Source: the human T2T-CHM13v2.0 reference genome, Homo sapiens. Taken from it: 64,000 nucleotides of DNA. A program made the position numbers and the translations under genes. Under the pieces are notes generated by a model. It made no database searches. It saw only the letters and a program-made list of their open reading frames with translations, and was not told the origin of the DNA. The stretch lies in assembly GCF_009914755.1 (NCBI RefSeq), contig NC_060926.1; one strand, given 5' to 3'. Positions 15,741-29,228 of this stretch are shown here, piece after piece (position 1 is the stretch's first letter; each line of letters begins with the position of its first letter).

Positions 15741-16034
15741 TATTCCTAAGTCTTATTGCTCAGTTGTCACTTGGTTACCCAAAAGTTTGATTTCAATGGG
15801 TACTTCATTGTAGATGTATACAGTTGATAACAAACTTTTGCCACTGTATACCACAGGCTGCCTGCATCAAAGACCTTTAAAGAAGCCAAGTTTTCAACCC
15901 TCAACCTTAATCAGACTAGATAACCTATCCCTGATTTCATCTATTTCCCTTAGGGTCTACGCCTGTTAATTCAAATGTCTGTATCAGTCAGGCTACTTAA
16001 CCACAAGCAACAGAAAGTTACTGTGACTAATTAA

Positions 16035-16295
16035 GGAAGATCACTTGAGCCCAGGGGTTCAAGACCAGCCTAGGCAAAATAGAGAGACCCCCATCTCTGT
16101 AAAATAATTAAAAAGTTAGCTGGGTATGATGGCCTGCACCTGTAGTCCCAGCTACTTGGGAGGCTGAGGTGGGAGGATCACTTGAGCCTAGAAGGTCGAG
16201 GCTGCCAGTGAGCTGTGATCATGCCACTGCACTCCAGCCTGGGCAAAAGAGTGAGAATCTGTCTCAAAAAAAGAGGAAAGAAGAAAGAAGAAGAA
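16035..16295 (+). mobile_element. Alu SINE (AluJ-type), 5'-truncated
   Basis: gatcacttgagcccagg...gtctcaaaaa followed by a GAA-rich tail. Confidence 0.85.
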
Positions 16296-16789
16296 GACGG
16301 AGGCCAGAGGAATGCACGTAGAAAGAACTCCTAAAATCTGGCAAGGTGAAGATGCTGTCACCTGGATCACTATCTGCCAGGCATCACAGCTTACATCATC
16401 CACATTATGGCATCAGCCACTGGGCACTACCACTAGCAATGCTGCCCTAAAAATTTGGTCAGCACCTTTACCATCAGAGGTTTTACCTTGTACCAAGATT
16501 ACATAGTGGATAATTCCTCAAGCCATTAGAGCTCAGGTCCAGGGCAGAAAAACAATTTCATTTGTTTATTTCACAGACACCAGTTCCAAGACTGAACCAC
16601 ATGGGTCTCAGCTTTATAAGGTTTACATACATAATTGTTATTTTGTTGCTATAATTTTCATGCAATTTGAATAGGTCAAGAAACCTGGTCTATGTAGGGT
16701 ACCTTAAATATCCCCTTTAATATTTACTGTATTATTCACAGTACTTTCTGCATGGATCTTCCTTTCTTCCTGGTTATCTGGGGTGAGAA

Positions 16790-16970
16790 GCATGGTGTAA
16801 TAGAAAGGTTCTGGGCTTTGGAGTCAGGCAAACTTTGGATTCAATCCTGGCTGTGATCCTTATCAACAGTGCCTATCTGTAAGTATATTACTTACCTTTA
16901 CTAAGTCTTGGCTTCTTTTTCTATGAAATACGTATAGTAAAATCTACTCCATGAATTGTTAAAATGTAAT
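16790..16970 (+). mobile_element. MIR SINE
   Basis: gggctttggagtcaggc...ggattcaatcctggct. Confidence 0.6.
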
Positions 16971-17009
16971 TCACATACAGCTTAGTAAGAGATGCTGAGA
17001 AACAATATA

Positions 17010-17102
17010 TAGTTGGCCCTCTGTAAGCATGGATTTGGAGGATCCTAAATCCTCAGATTCAATCAATCACAGATCGAAATCCGCAGATATGGAGGGCTGA
17101 CT
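17010..17102. mobile_element. Short Tigger/MER2-like MITE
   Basis: Terminal inverted repeats tagttggccctctgta...tatggagggctgacta flanked by TA. Confidence 0.7.
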
Positions 17103-19569
17103 ATACTTGATTATATGTAAAAAGCTGTGTTTACTATGCTTATAATTGAGCAATTATTTAAAGTACTATATATGTGACAGACAAATGAAAAGAAATGAAG
17201 CAATACAGTTAGAGTAGACTTAGCAATACCAACAAACACTGTTGCATTGTTGTGAAATAGTCCTAAATATCTTTCTTTTTCTAACCTGACACCCATTGTT
17301 TGCAAGTGGTGAAAATGCTAAAAATGAATCTCTGTTCACCAGGAATGCACGACCTTGGCCATCAGCTGCCAGGGCTTTCACTATTGAAATCCTGCTATGT
17401 TATTTTCTTCCTAAGCTTGTAATGAACGGTCTCTTGAGAGGATGTGATGAAATATACAGCTGCATCCTAATAAGCATCCTTATGTCCATAAACAGTATCC
17501 TTTAGCAATTAATAATAAAAATTGTAATCTTAACTGTGGGGAAAACAACTTAGATAGTATTACTTTTTCTTAAACGCATGGCAAGTATATGATTTATATA
17601 AATAAATAGACTATGTAATACAAATATGGAAAATGTATATTTGTGTATACAAACGAATTTACTTAATTTCTCTATATACACATATACTTTTTATAAAAAA
17701 TATCCTGAAACAAAAACCATCTGTAATATCCTCTATAGCAGTGGGTTCATAAAGTTGAAATGATTGATGCCTTTCAGAAATCTCTAGGCAACCAGGTGGT
17801 ATCATTATTAACCACCCGTGGGAACTTGACTTCAAATCCAATCTATTATGATTAGAATCTACATGATCTGTATCCAGTACAGCAAGTCCCGGCCACCAGA
17901 TGTCACCATTCTTCTATTTCCCTCCTGGTGCTTGGGGAGAGCTAAAGATACTATTTTCTCTCAAGGGACTGAGGGAAATACGTGCCTCAGAACATTACTG
18001 GGATTTCACCAAAAGGTCTTTTCTTAGTCATCCTGGCCTTGCAGATTTCCCTGTGGTTTTTGAGTATCTTGACTCGACAGTTTCTAACAGCTGAGGAGCC
18101 AAGTGGCTGATAATTTGGGGCTTATCTGGTCAGGAAGTGCTAGAGCCATTTCCTCCAGCTAAACTTGAAGACAGGATTGACATAAGGTGCCCAAAGCCCA
18201 GAGCTTGCTCAGTGCAGGAGAGGCTATGGATATGCCCTATTAAAAGGTCCTGGGGTCAGGAGACCTCAACCAGCTATGAGCTCACTTACAAAATGAAGGA
18301 AAGGGACTGAATCATTCCTAGGGTCTAAAAATTCCATGATCCTCGTTTGTAAATGCCTCTGGTGGGGAGGGTGCGTAGTAGGGTGGGGGCGAGCTAAGTC
18401 CAAGAAATAAGACCCCAGAGAGGACAACGAAGTAGGGGTGAAGTCCTGCAGGGCAGATGAGGGGAAACTGAACATGAATCCTTATGAGGTCTGGATGTAG
18501 TGACTGGTTATGGGGTCTGGAAATTGCTGGGGTTATGGTCTTGTGGATTCTACCACTAGCTCAATAGCCCACTCTTCCTCCATTCCAGATACTACTTAAC
18601 AAGAAACTATAATGCTTATCGATGTAAATGTATGGCATTCTCTCTCCTGGGGCTTGGTTGGATTTAATCTCTCATGTCAGTCAATGTTCTTTGTGGTGCC
18701 TTCAGGGCACGGGATGTGTTTTATTTGTGAATTTACAACAGTGCAGTTTTCAGCTAGCTCGTCCAGAGTGTTCCTAAAATCCGGGAGTGGGAGCAGGGCA
18801 GAGAAGAAAGAATGGATTTCATTTATAAGTGCCACATATCCCTAAGTATTTCACATATATTTCATATCATCTTCACAATAACCTCATGAAGCAGCATTTG
18901 TTATGCTCATAAAGATGAATTCAAATGGTTAAGTGGCTTGCCCAAGGTCACAAAAACCAAATGGCAGTATACCTACTGCTTTGTGTAATGCGTTCTACGA
19001 AAGAGGAAACTGAGCCTCAGGGCGTTTTGTTAAAGTTGCCTGCACCTCTAAGATGGTTGAGACCACAGTCTCCCCATCAGTGGGCTTCGCTGCTGGAAGG
19101 CCCCTTGTCCTTTGGGGCTTGGACTGCACCACTCCGGAGGATGCATCGTCATATCAATATTTGCACACTGCCCCTGACCTTGTTAGGATATTATTTATGG
19201 CCGCGATCAGAAGGTCCCGCTCGCTCCTTTCTCTCCCCTTGGGCTGCGGAACAGAGTGGCTGGGAGAAGTCCTCCTAGACAGGGTTGAGAGTTTGCCGAC
19301 GGCCCCTGAGAAGCTGGGGCGTTCCGAATTGGCTGAGCGCGCGGCCGGGGGCGGGGAGTTTGCCAAACGTCCCCGGCCGGAATTTCTGCCTTCTAGAGCC
19401 GCGAGCCCAGAAGCGGGGAGAAGTTGGTGAGGTTGGCTAGGGGAAGGTTGCCAGAAATTGAGGACGGACTCCCGCCCTGGTCGACTGAGCTCCCACAGGA
19501 GCGCCTCTGCTGCGTCTCGGGGCTGAGTGTGGACGCGCCGCGCGCGGCCCCGCCAGGGCTGGTAGTTTG

Positions 19570-19751
19570 CAGACCGTCCCTGCCGCGGCCCGCTCGGCGG
19601 CGGCCCTGCGGCTCCCGCGGCGGCGGCCCCGGGCGCGATCCAGCCCAGGTAGCCGCGCCGCAGGCTCGGGGCGTCGCGACCTCGCGCCTCGGGCCGCGTG
19701 GGCACGGCGGCCGGCGGGTGCTCCCGGCTGCTGCTGCTGCCCAACAAGGAG
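19570..19751 (+). other. Non-coding first exon of a large Pol II gene (TSS approximate)
   Basis: Downstream of the GC box; no ATG; (CTG)4 at 19728-19739; strong donor GAG|GTAAGA at 19751/19752; no coding exon recognised in the next 44 kb. SORBS1 is an unverified recollection, so no symbol is given. Confidence 0.7.
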
Positions 19752-20484
19752 GTAAGAGCTGCCGGATCCGGGTGATCGCGTCGGAGGGAGCTCGTCATCC
19801 CCGCGGGGTGATGCGCGCAGAGGGGACCGCGGGGGGCACGGGGAACCAGGCGCGGGCGAGGAGAGCCCGCACCGGGGTCGGCGCGGTCGGGGGCTTCCTT
19901 CCGTCGCTCCTCTGCCGCCTGCGTGGGTGCCCCGGCCCCGGCCGCTCTGCAGGACGCCGGAGTGGAGCCGGGAGACGCGCCTTGAGAAGCCCACCTGCCC
20001 CGGGCAGCCCCTCCCAGGGGAGGCTGAACCCCCCCCGCCCCGTGACGAGGGGGCTTGTTGGCATTCCTAGGGACAGTCCAAAGGAAGCTCTGGTTGCGCG
20101 GGCTGGAGGCGAGCGGCGGGGGATGGCAGATGGGCGCTCGGACCGCGGAGGAGCCCGGTGGGGGTCACGCCGCAGGCGTGGGCCGGGCCGGGCCGGGGTC
20201 CTCGGGACCCAGGCGCACTGGGCGGGCTCGGCCAGGGGCCAGTGGGGAGGAAGGAAGAAGGAGGGAGGCTGGCCCCGAGCCCCTAGGGAGGAGGGATGCG
20301 GCGGGCTGGCGCTCCGGGCCAGAGGATCCAGGAGGCCCGGGGGCGCCCCGGCTGTTAGGGGACGGCCCGCGGGTCCGTGATCCCGCCGGCGCGCTCAGCC
20401 CTGCTGCCGGGTCTGGGAGGCTGCAGGGAGCGCAGAGCCCACACCCGCGCACACACTCCCCGAGAGCATGCTCAGTGCGGCCCT

Positions 20485-20496
20485 GGGAACTTCCTG
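20485..20496. promoter_or_regulatory. NF-kB consensus site overlapping an ETS core
   Basis: GGGAACTTCC fits GGGRNYYYCC and overlaps ACTTCCTG; motif match only. Confidence 0.35.
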
Positions 20497-21514
20497 CCGA
20501 GTCGTGAGCCGCCCCGGCCCACTCCCGGCCCTCAGCTCGCAAAGTTGGGGGCGGCGGGGCTAGGGAGACGTGGGCGCCGCTCTCGCCTGTGGCTCTTTCG
20601 CGCCCCTGGCCCCTGCCTCGCCTCAGTTGAGCTACGCGCACTGCTCTCCCCGGCTGCCCTCACAGCCGGGATTGGGGGCGTGGGTGTTAGCCCCTGCTCC
20701 CCGTGGCGGGGTGGCCAGAGGCCTGGAGCGCGGCTCTCAGCCTGGTGGACCCGCGCGCGGTGCGCCCGCTTGGTGCCCGGACCTGGCGCGGCGAGCAGGC
20801 AGGGTGCAAGGGGGTGTGTGAGCCCAGGGACGCTCGCGCATACACTTGCTGTCACACACAAAGCCGCGGTTTTGTAGCCGCCGCGCGGAAGAGCCGAAGA
20901 GGGAAGGGGGTGGCGCTTGCATTGTCCAGAGGCGTTTGGAGCGCAGAGGGGGTGCTTGGCTCCTCAGGGCTGCGGGAACCGGGCGATGTGGATGGATTTG
21001 GTATAGGGCCCGGCCCTCCTGGGACCGACTGCCAGGCCTGGCCCCGGGCGGCCGCCGCTATCTGCACCTGGCTCTGGCGGCCCAGTTAGGGAAGATGAGT
21101 ACTTCTGGGTCTGTGACGTTGGGAAGGGGCAAACTCAGTTGTGTGTGGGGTTCGGGTGGATGGCAACATCGCACTTGTAAACATACCCAGACCAAAGTGT
21201 TAGAGGTATCTCATTCTAAGGAGATGCGAGTGGGAAGCTGGGTCGTTGAACTGACCCCCACCCCCAGTTTATTGTCAGGACCTGATCAACTTGGTTTTTA
21301 CTCCAAGAGACTCCCCAGCGTTAATCTCTGTGTCATGCACATCCTAAGCCTTACGGCTGCATCAGAACTCCCTTGTCTGTACCGAGAAAATCACTGAACA
21401 GTTTTTCATGAAGGGCAAAGCATCTGAGATTTGTGGTGAATGAATTTTCACCCTCCTCCCCCCGTCCTCACTGCTTTCCTATAAATTATTTTTGTTGCTA
21501 TTGTTCAGGGCTGA

Positions 21515-21863
<349 letters not shown>

Positions 21864-24800
21864 TAGCGCAAAGCTCTCCTTTCTAGAGAGCTTTTTAGTT
21901 TTTTCCAGTTTAGTTTTTTTCTCTTGCCCTCCTCCATCACCCTGCTTTTAAATGCTCATTTAAATGCCCATGTTGTCAGCCTTACCTGGAGAGGCCCTGA
22001 AAAGCAAGGTGATGGAGGAGGGGCAAGAGGGTGACTGTTTCACCCTTTGTAGGGGCTGGGAGAAGAGGAGAAGGAAGTTGCTCTGTCTGGCATTTGCCTC
22101 TGCTGGGGTGGCTCCAACTGGATATAGGGTTTGGGCTTTTTCTTTCATCTCCTCCTTTGTTTCAGCCTGCCTTCTTCACTCTGGGACACTCGTGACTGGA
22201 GTCATTAGGAGAAAGGAATCTGCAGTCCTGGTTTGGAGCTTTGCAGGGTTTGCACCTGCACAAGCAGCCACCAGTTGGTTTTAAGGTGAACTGCAATGGC
22301 AGGAGGGGTGGAGGGCTCTGCCCAGATCTGCCGGTGGCAACCGTATGCTCCAACTGCTGCTGCAGAGCAGCTCATGGGCTTTTGGATCTCCTCAGCAGTG
22401 TGCATTTCAAGTGCTTTGTGTTTGGAAGTGTGAATATAGTACTCATTTATATATATTCCCACATCTGTATACATTCTTATAAAGAGGTGTGTGCATATGT
22501 ACATGCATATGCCATGTTCTTTGGTAGAATCTGGAAGCTGGAAGGGACCTCAAGAGATCACAGGAATTCACATAATCTCTCCTCCCATTCAATTTTTTTT
22601 GTTTTAAAATAAGCAACTTACCTTCTGCCCAGCTGTCCTCCAAAAGCATTGAAATGCTAGACTCCCCTGTTACCCTAGCTGACGGGGAGGCCTTTGGAAG
22701 TATGAGTTCCCAGGAACCATTCTAGTTGTCACTCTGACATTTGACACAACTTTTCCCTAATGTTCCATGTGTCTCAGGATCTAAGTCACTACAGAGACAT
22801 CCCTGGATTAATTTTGGCAGGGGATGGGCAGTGACTAGTGTACCCTGCAGAGATGTGTAGAAAACTGCAGAGCAGTCATCTGTAAGATCTGGGTTGGAAA
22901 GTTTATGTCCTCTCCTTCCCAGGGTCATACAGACAGGTGACTGCTCTGCTCTTTCTCAAGAGGCTTTAAGCGCAGTAGGGACTCACTGTCTTCCTTCCTC
23001 CTTGTGTGTCATGGGCTCCTGGCCCTAGGAGGCATGGAGGAGGAGTGGTTGGGGGTGGCATTCTGTGTTGATGCTGTTATAACAGGCCTCAGGAAAGTGT
23101 GTGCTGTTAGCTTTGTCTCTGGGGGTTTCGTATGGTGAGTTTCAAAGTTTGGGGAAGGCTCCTGGTGTCAGGTGAACAGGTTGATGGGTAGTTTTGATTA
23201 CTGTAATTCAGATGATACTTGAGAAAAGGGAGGAAATAATTTTATACGGGGGGATTGCTATCTGGGTGACAATTGGGTGATAGGGTGAGAAATAAATAAG
23301 CATTTGGGACTTGTCAGTGCAGGTTTTACCAGGCTGCCTTTAAAGTTAATAATTGCTTTGAAGTATGGAATCACTCTTAGTAGCCAGAAGATGGCTACAC
23401 TTTCAAATTTCTCTTTGAAATTAAGTAATGATCTCTCCAACCCTTAAAGTCTCTAATCTAAGCCATATCCCTATACTGTTTTACATCCTATGTCAACATC
23501 CACATTTGTGACTGATGCTGGCTGCTGATGAGCATTTTTCCAGCATCTGCCATGTGCTGTGCACTGGGCTGGTGCTGGGTATAAAGATGTCCTCCTAAAT
23601 TATCTCACTTTTAATTTAGCAGACCTTCTCTTACTGTGTGTTAATACAAACTAATAGCTCTTGGAAAGCTGCCAAGGTGGGTCCCAGGAGCCTTAGCACT
23701 GTAACCACGTTCTCAGCTAGAGGAGTTTGGACTCGAGCTGTGTGTTTGCCCATTTGGACTGTTGTATTTATTTTTTTCATTGCCACAATTAAGTGCATCC
23801 TTCCCTGACTTTGTCATATCTGCAGGGCTATGTGTGTGCATGGGAGGGGTTGGAGGAATCACTTTATTTGTTCAAAATCCCACAGTTCTCTTGTCTAAAC
23901 ATACAATCTTCTGGAATGGGAACAGGGCTTTCCTCTCGGGACTCTGCCCAGTCTTAAAAATCAGGACAGGCAAGGGTTATAAGCTACTGTGGCTTGGTTT
24001 GGTGGGAGCAGTTTGTCTTGTAAACTAGCACTCTCTCTTTGTCACCTTCACTGCCAGGCTGGCATTAATGCCTGCTGGACCTTGACCCTTGCTCAGGTGG
24101 CTCCCTGCAATGGCTAAGGAATATTTCTCCACTCTATTTCCTGACAAAGTGAACTCAGGAGTGAGTTACACCCAAGTACTTCTGTTACTAGTAAGAGTTA
24201 ACTACTGGTGCTTGCAATAGGTTTACTTTTTAAAATGTCAGCACTTCAAGGTTATCCCTAGAATAATAACAGCCTCACTTATTTGCATCCCTTTGTGATT
24301 TTTGTGGCTGGCCCTTGAGGGAACATGTGCCACCCACCCACTCCTGTTTGAACTTCACGCTTTAAAGTTGTAGTTCGGTGCACAGACTTCTTATAAGTCC
24401 TGTCATGCTGGTAAAATGTTTTTTAAAAATTATTATTATAAATATCCTACACAGAAAAGTCTTCCACTCTATTAGTTTTGGGTCTTTTCCATGTCTGGGT
24501 CCCCTCATGGGAGTGTGTTATGTTGGTGATCATCGTAGAGATTTTATTATATGTCTTGGTGGAGAAACATCAAGAAAGGGTAGACAAGAAAATAGGAATG
24601 ATGGCGATGAAAAAAATCCACCTTCTCCGATTGGCATTATTGCAAATGCTTCTTTTGTACTACAGGTATTTCACTCAACAATGAGGTAGATTCTGTTGTT
24701 ATTCCAAGTTTATACATGGAGAGACCATAACATCATGAGGTCAGGAAATCTAGCTAAGGTTACAAACAGCTACTCAGTGGCAGAGCAAGGATTTGAAGCC

Positions 24801-27546
24801 AGGTGGTCTAGATCCAGAGCCAGTGTGGGTTGGGCTGTGAGTAGTGGTTAAGGCTGGTGAGTATGCCCTGTACTAGCCAGCACCTTCTTTCCAACCTAAG
24901 CCGAGAGGGCTTCATAGATACCCAGGGGCACTGCAGGGAGGGCCCTCCTCTTTCTAGCTGAGGTCACCGAGGTGCAGAGAGGTGGAGGGACTTTCTCAAA
25001 GTCTCACCAGCAGGCAGCAGTGGCAAAGCTGGACCTCACATCTCCTCTGTGGTCCCACAGGAACAATTGGTAACAGTTGATAACGGGTGCCTGCCTGCTT
25101 TGTTTATAGCAATGATACAGGAAGAGAATTGATGGCCACTGGGCATCTGTTCCTCACTGGAGCCCACTGTGTGCTCACACCCAGCTTCACCTTGGAATGT
25201 GGTAGGGAGCAGGTTGGTGTGGCCCAGTTCCCTCCTACCATCCCCAGCTGGGAGAATCTAAGTGACGTATATCCTTTGGAATGAGGGGTTCCCTTTCTCA
25301 TGTCACCTTTTAAGTTTGACATGATAAGAATCCAGTCTGGGCTGGATTTTACATTTCACTCTTATTAATTCTCTGTGTTTTAGGGCTCCTGGCTCCTCTC
25401 AGCATTGATTTCCTTTCTTTAGGAGCATGGGGTAGGTGAGGAGTGACCTGGAAGAGGTATCAGGACCATTCCTTAACATTTCTGATAATCGGTGCCTGTG
25501 AAGACATTCCCGCAGTGTCTGCGGAGTCCTAGAAAGAGAGCAGAGGCCACACAAAATGCTTTTCTGAACCCAAGATCGCCATACTTTGTGGAATCTTCCC
25601 ATTGGACATAGCAGTGAGCACCCGTTTCCTTTCCTGCCCTCACCTGTTCCTGATTCGGAATGCTTCTGCCAAATAAATAGTCACTGGCTACCCAAGGAGT
25701 TTAAAGTCTAAGCCTGGTCAATGCACACCCAGAAGAGTTAAGTTCAGTGATAAAGGGAAATGTAGATGAACATACTAATTCAGCCCATGTGACCACTTTG
25801 GGCCTCAGCTGTTAGGTTGAGAAGTAAGAGGGGATTGAATGCGCTCCAAAGATCCGTTCAGTTCCTAATGTTGCTTAATTCTATACATGTGGCAAAAGGC
25901 TTGTAACATAAATTAAATGAAATTCCCTTATTAAATTAAAAAGAAGGTTGAGAACACATTCAGGTTGTTTTTGCCCTGGCCAGTAGACTCTCTTTAGCAG
26001 GCAGCCGAAAAGCTTAACTAAGAAGAATCAGCCCTTTATTGTTACTCTCTTTGGGGATGTTTATCTTTGTATGTTTAGAAATAAAAAACCTTGGTCCTTA
26101 CTTTCAGCCCTGAAATAACCTGCTTTCCTTTAGTGAAGCTATTTTTTCCCTTGGGAAATTGAGATTCAAAGAGTAGAGAAGATGACCAGGCTCATAGCCT
26201 TCTGTGGTTCCTCGCACAGTGCCCTGGGGACGTGGCTAGGTGTTTACACACTGCCACAAGCAGGGCCAAATTCTGTCTACACATTCAGTGTGTAACTACT
26301 ACCTTTCAACATAAGGAAGTTTGGTATCAGTCTTCTTGCAGCTGCTTTTTTTTTTTTTAAACCATCTTATTTTCACCTCCAGTTTGTTATTTACAAGCAT
26401 CCATGCCGGTGAGGAGTTTTCTGAATGACCGATTCTTTCTTGGATGCAAAGAGAAAGTACCATCTCTGCCTCATGCTCTGTGTGATTTCTCTGTTTTCCT
26501 TTGGCACCTTTCTTAGTATTTGTTTGGTATACTTCCTTCGTCCCCTTTCCTGTAATTTTTTAGAGCACCTAGTTAGAGGCCCCACGTGGTGAGGATATGG
26601 CAGGGAAGGGGAGTTTCCCTCTATTCCCTTCCCCCCAGTAATCTTCATCATGCGGTGTCCCCAGTCCTGTGTAAGACCTTTGCAAACACAGCTTCAAGCC
26701 CCTCTGTTCATCTTGATTGCCTTCCCTCTGTAAAAAAGTTCTAGTCTCTGTGACTAAGAATGTTAACATTCTTCCTTTATTTGATTTTTAGCTATTATGC
26801 TTGGTGGGTTTAAAGATGACATTGTTATTGGGCAGTCTTCACTGTACATTACACACAAATGTAATTCTCCTGGGTAAATACGATCAACTTTTAGAGGTTC
26901 ACCATTCCTCCTTTGCAATTCTTATGTCCAGTGAGCTCCTTCAAGGAAAAGGTTTCCCCCCCCCCCAGGCTTGTTCCAACCCCCCCAAAACAAAAAAAGA
27001 AACATGTAGGTCCAATAAAGAAAGGAGTGTCATGGAGCTCTCATGGGTACAGGCTGGAAGCTCCAGGCCTGGCGTGCTGGAGTCACGAGATGAGCTGTCC
27101 AGGCAGCATGGCATCGTGAGTGAACTCCGACCGTGGCAGGTGAGGCTTCTGCACTTAGCTGGCTGTCTTCATGTGGGCCGATTCTGTGGTTAGTGATTCT
27201 GATTTCTCATCTGAAAAGTGGTGCATCACTTAGCCCCTCCCACACTTGGAGGGTTCTACTAGTGTGCCTGCGTGGCTGGGTTCTGCACACTCAGCTACTT
27301 TAGTTTCTTTAGTCTATCCTTAAAAAGATTCCTAGGTGTGTTCCTGATTTTGAGGTTCCGTTTGGTCATTATGCTCTTTCAGAGTTCATCTTTTAAAATC
27401 AGTCTGTGGACATTTTTTTTTTCCTCTTAGCACAGTTTATGGTCTCATGCAGGTCAACAAATTGGGACTCTGAATGTGAGTGTGTGTGTCCACACACCAC
27501 TAGGGCTTATTACCTTATTGTCAATGTTATCTTAAGAAAAAGTGGA

Positions 27547-27755
27547 GGCTGGGTGCAGTGGCTCATGCCTGTAATCCCAGCACTCTCAGAGGCTGAGATG
27601 GAAGGATTGCTTGAGCCCAGGAGTTTGAGACCAGCCTGAGCAACAAAGCAAGACTCCTGCCTCTACAAAGAAAAAAAAAAAAGAGAGAAAGAGAAGGAGA
27701 GAATGAAAGAAAAGAAAAAGAAAAGAAAGAGAGAGAGAGAAAGAAGAAAGAGGGA
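27547..27755 (+). mobile_element. Alu left monomer (FLAM-like) with long A/GA-rich tail
   Basis: Single monomer ggctgggtgcagtggctc...ctctacaaag followed by a purine-only tract. Confidence 0.8.
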
Positions 27756-28025
27756 GTGATCAGAGAGCTGCAGGTTTGGAGTAGCCATCAGTTAAAGGAA
27801 GTCTGCAGAAAGTTTCTGTGAAAGGATTTTGTTACTATGGCCTTTCCCCTAGTACCAGCTTGTTAAGTAGTATAGGTAGGGGATCCTTGGTAATACTGTG
27901 TATTAAGATTTTATTGTTCTTCCTGTAAAGTGTTTTTCATGATAATGAGTTGCTTATTCTATGATAGTGCCTTTTCTCTATTTCTGTAAGCAGAATCAAA
28001 TACAACTTTCAAGTTTTATTAGTTC

Positions 28026-28343
28026 TTTTTTTTTTAGAGACAGGGTCTTTCTCTGTCACCCAGGCTAGAGTGCAGTGGTGCAATCATAGCTCACTGTAAC
28101 CTCCAACTCCTGGGCTGAAGTGATTCTCTTGCCTCAGCTTCTTGAGTAGCTAGGGCTACAGGCATGTGTCACCACGCCTGGCTAAATTTTTAAAAAAAAT
28201 TTTAGTTTTTGGAGAGACACGAGTCTTACTATGTTGCTCAAGCTGGTCTCGAAGTCCTGGCCTCAAGCGATCCTACTGCCTTAGTCTCTCAAAATGCCTT
28301 AGTCTCTCTTAGTGCTCACAGTTGTGAGCCACCGTGTCTGGAC
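28026..28343 (-). mobile_element. Alu SINE (AluJ-type)
   Basis: Antisense Alu with an internal duplication of gccttagtctctc. Confidence 0.9.
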
Positions 28344-28469
28344 AGCTTTCCATTTTTTGATGCCATGTCTGGTTAATACTCTTTAAGTTTCCGAGTTTCT
28401 TCCTCCTAGTTCAGTGGTTTCAAGTGTGACTGTTCTATTTCCTCACTGTCAGTCTCTAATAGAAATACT

Positions 28470-28944
28470 ACAAGATTACTTCTATTGCTGCTGTAACAGC
28501 CACAAACTTAGCAGCTAAAGCCACACACATTTATTCTCTTTGAATTCTGTAGGTCAGAGGTCCCTTATGGGTCTCACTGGCCGAGATCAAGGTGTCTATT
28601 CCTTTCTGGAGGCTTGAAGGGAGAATCGGTCTCCTTGCCTTTTCTAGCTTCTAGAGGCTGCCCGTGTTCCTAGGCTCATGCCCCCTTCTCCAGTTTCAAT
28701 GCCAGCAATGTCCAGCTGAGTCCTTGTCTCTCTGCCATCACACTGATACTCTCACCAAGCTGGGAAAAGTTCTCTGCTTTTCAGGATTGATGTGATTAGA
28801 TTAGACCAAGCAGGTTAATGCAGCGTAATCTCCCATCTACAGGTACTTGATATAATGCCATCTCCCTGTAAGGCAACATAAGCACAGGTTCCGGGGATTA
28901 GTATATGATGAACATCTTTGGGGGCCCCTTTTCTGCCTACCACA
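28470..28944 (-). mobile_element. MLT1C/D-like MaLR solo LTR
   Basis: ctattgctgctgtaaca...tttctagcttctagaggctgcc...tctgcctaccaca. Confidence 0.75.
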
Positions 28945-29228
28945 GTCCTCAAAACTCCAAATAAGGAACTGGTTCTTTGCTCTTTATGTAAAGGAACTAT
29001 TTTTCTTTGCAAAGAAGGTTTACTGTTATAGGATCTGTTCTTCTCCCCTTTGAACATATTCAAATCAACTATTTGCCAAAATATTGGTATTTAAATAAGG
29101 TTTGAGGTCTGCTAAGGCCAGATGTTGAGCTGAGTACTTTTTTTTTTTTTTTACTTTTTTTACTTGTTCTGGCTGAGCTGAGTACTTTTTTTACTTGTTC
29201 TGGCTTATGTAATTGTGAGCCATCCTAC

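Larger units (their letters stand above)
19290..21060. promoter_or_regulatory. CpG island promoter
   Basis: Very high GC and CpG density outside any repeat; GC box ggccccgcc at about 19545; no evident TATA box. Confidence 0.93.

Noticed and set aside
19728-19739. (CTG)4 in the 5' UTR exon as an expansion-prone repeat
   Set aside because: Four units is too short to suggest instability
19154-21397. Long overlapping ORFs (up to 318 aa) on both strands of the CpG island
   Set aside because: R/G/A/P-rich low-complexity translations expected from GC-rich, stop-poor DNA; no recognisable domain; they run through the splice donor
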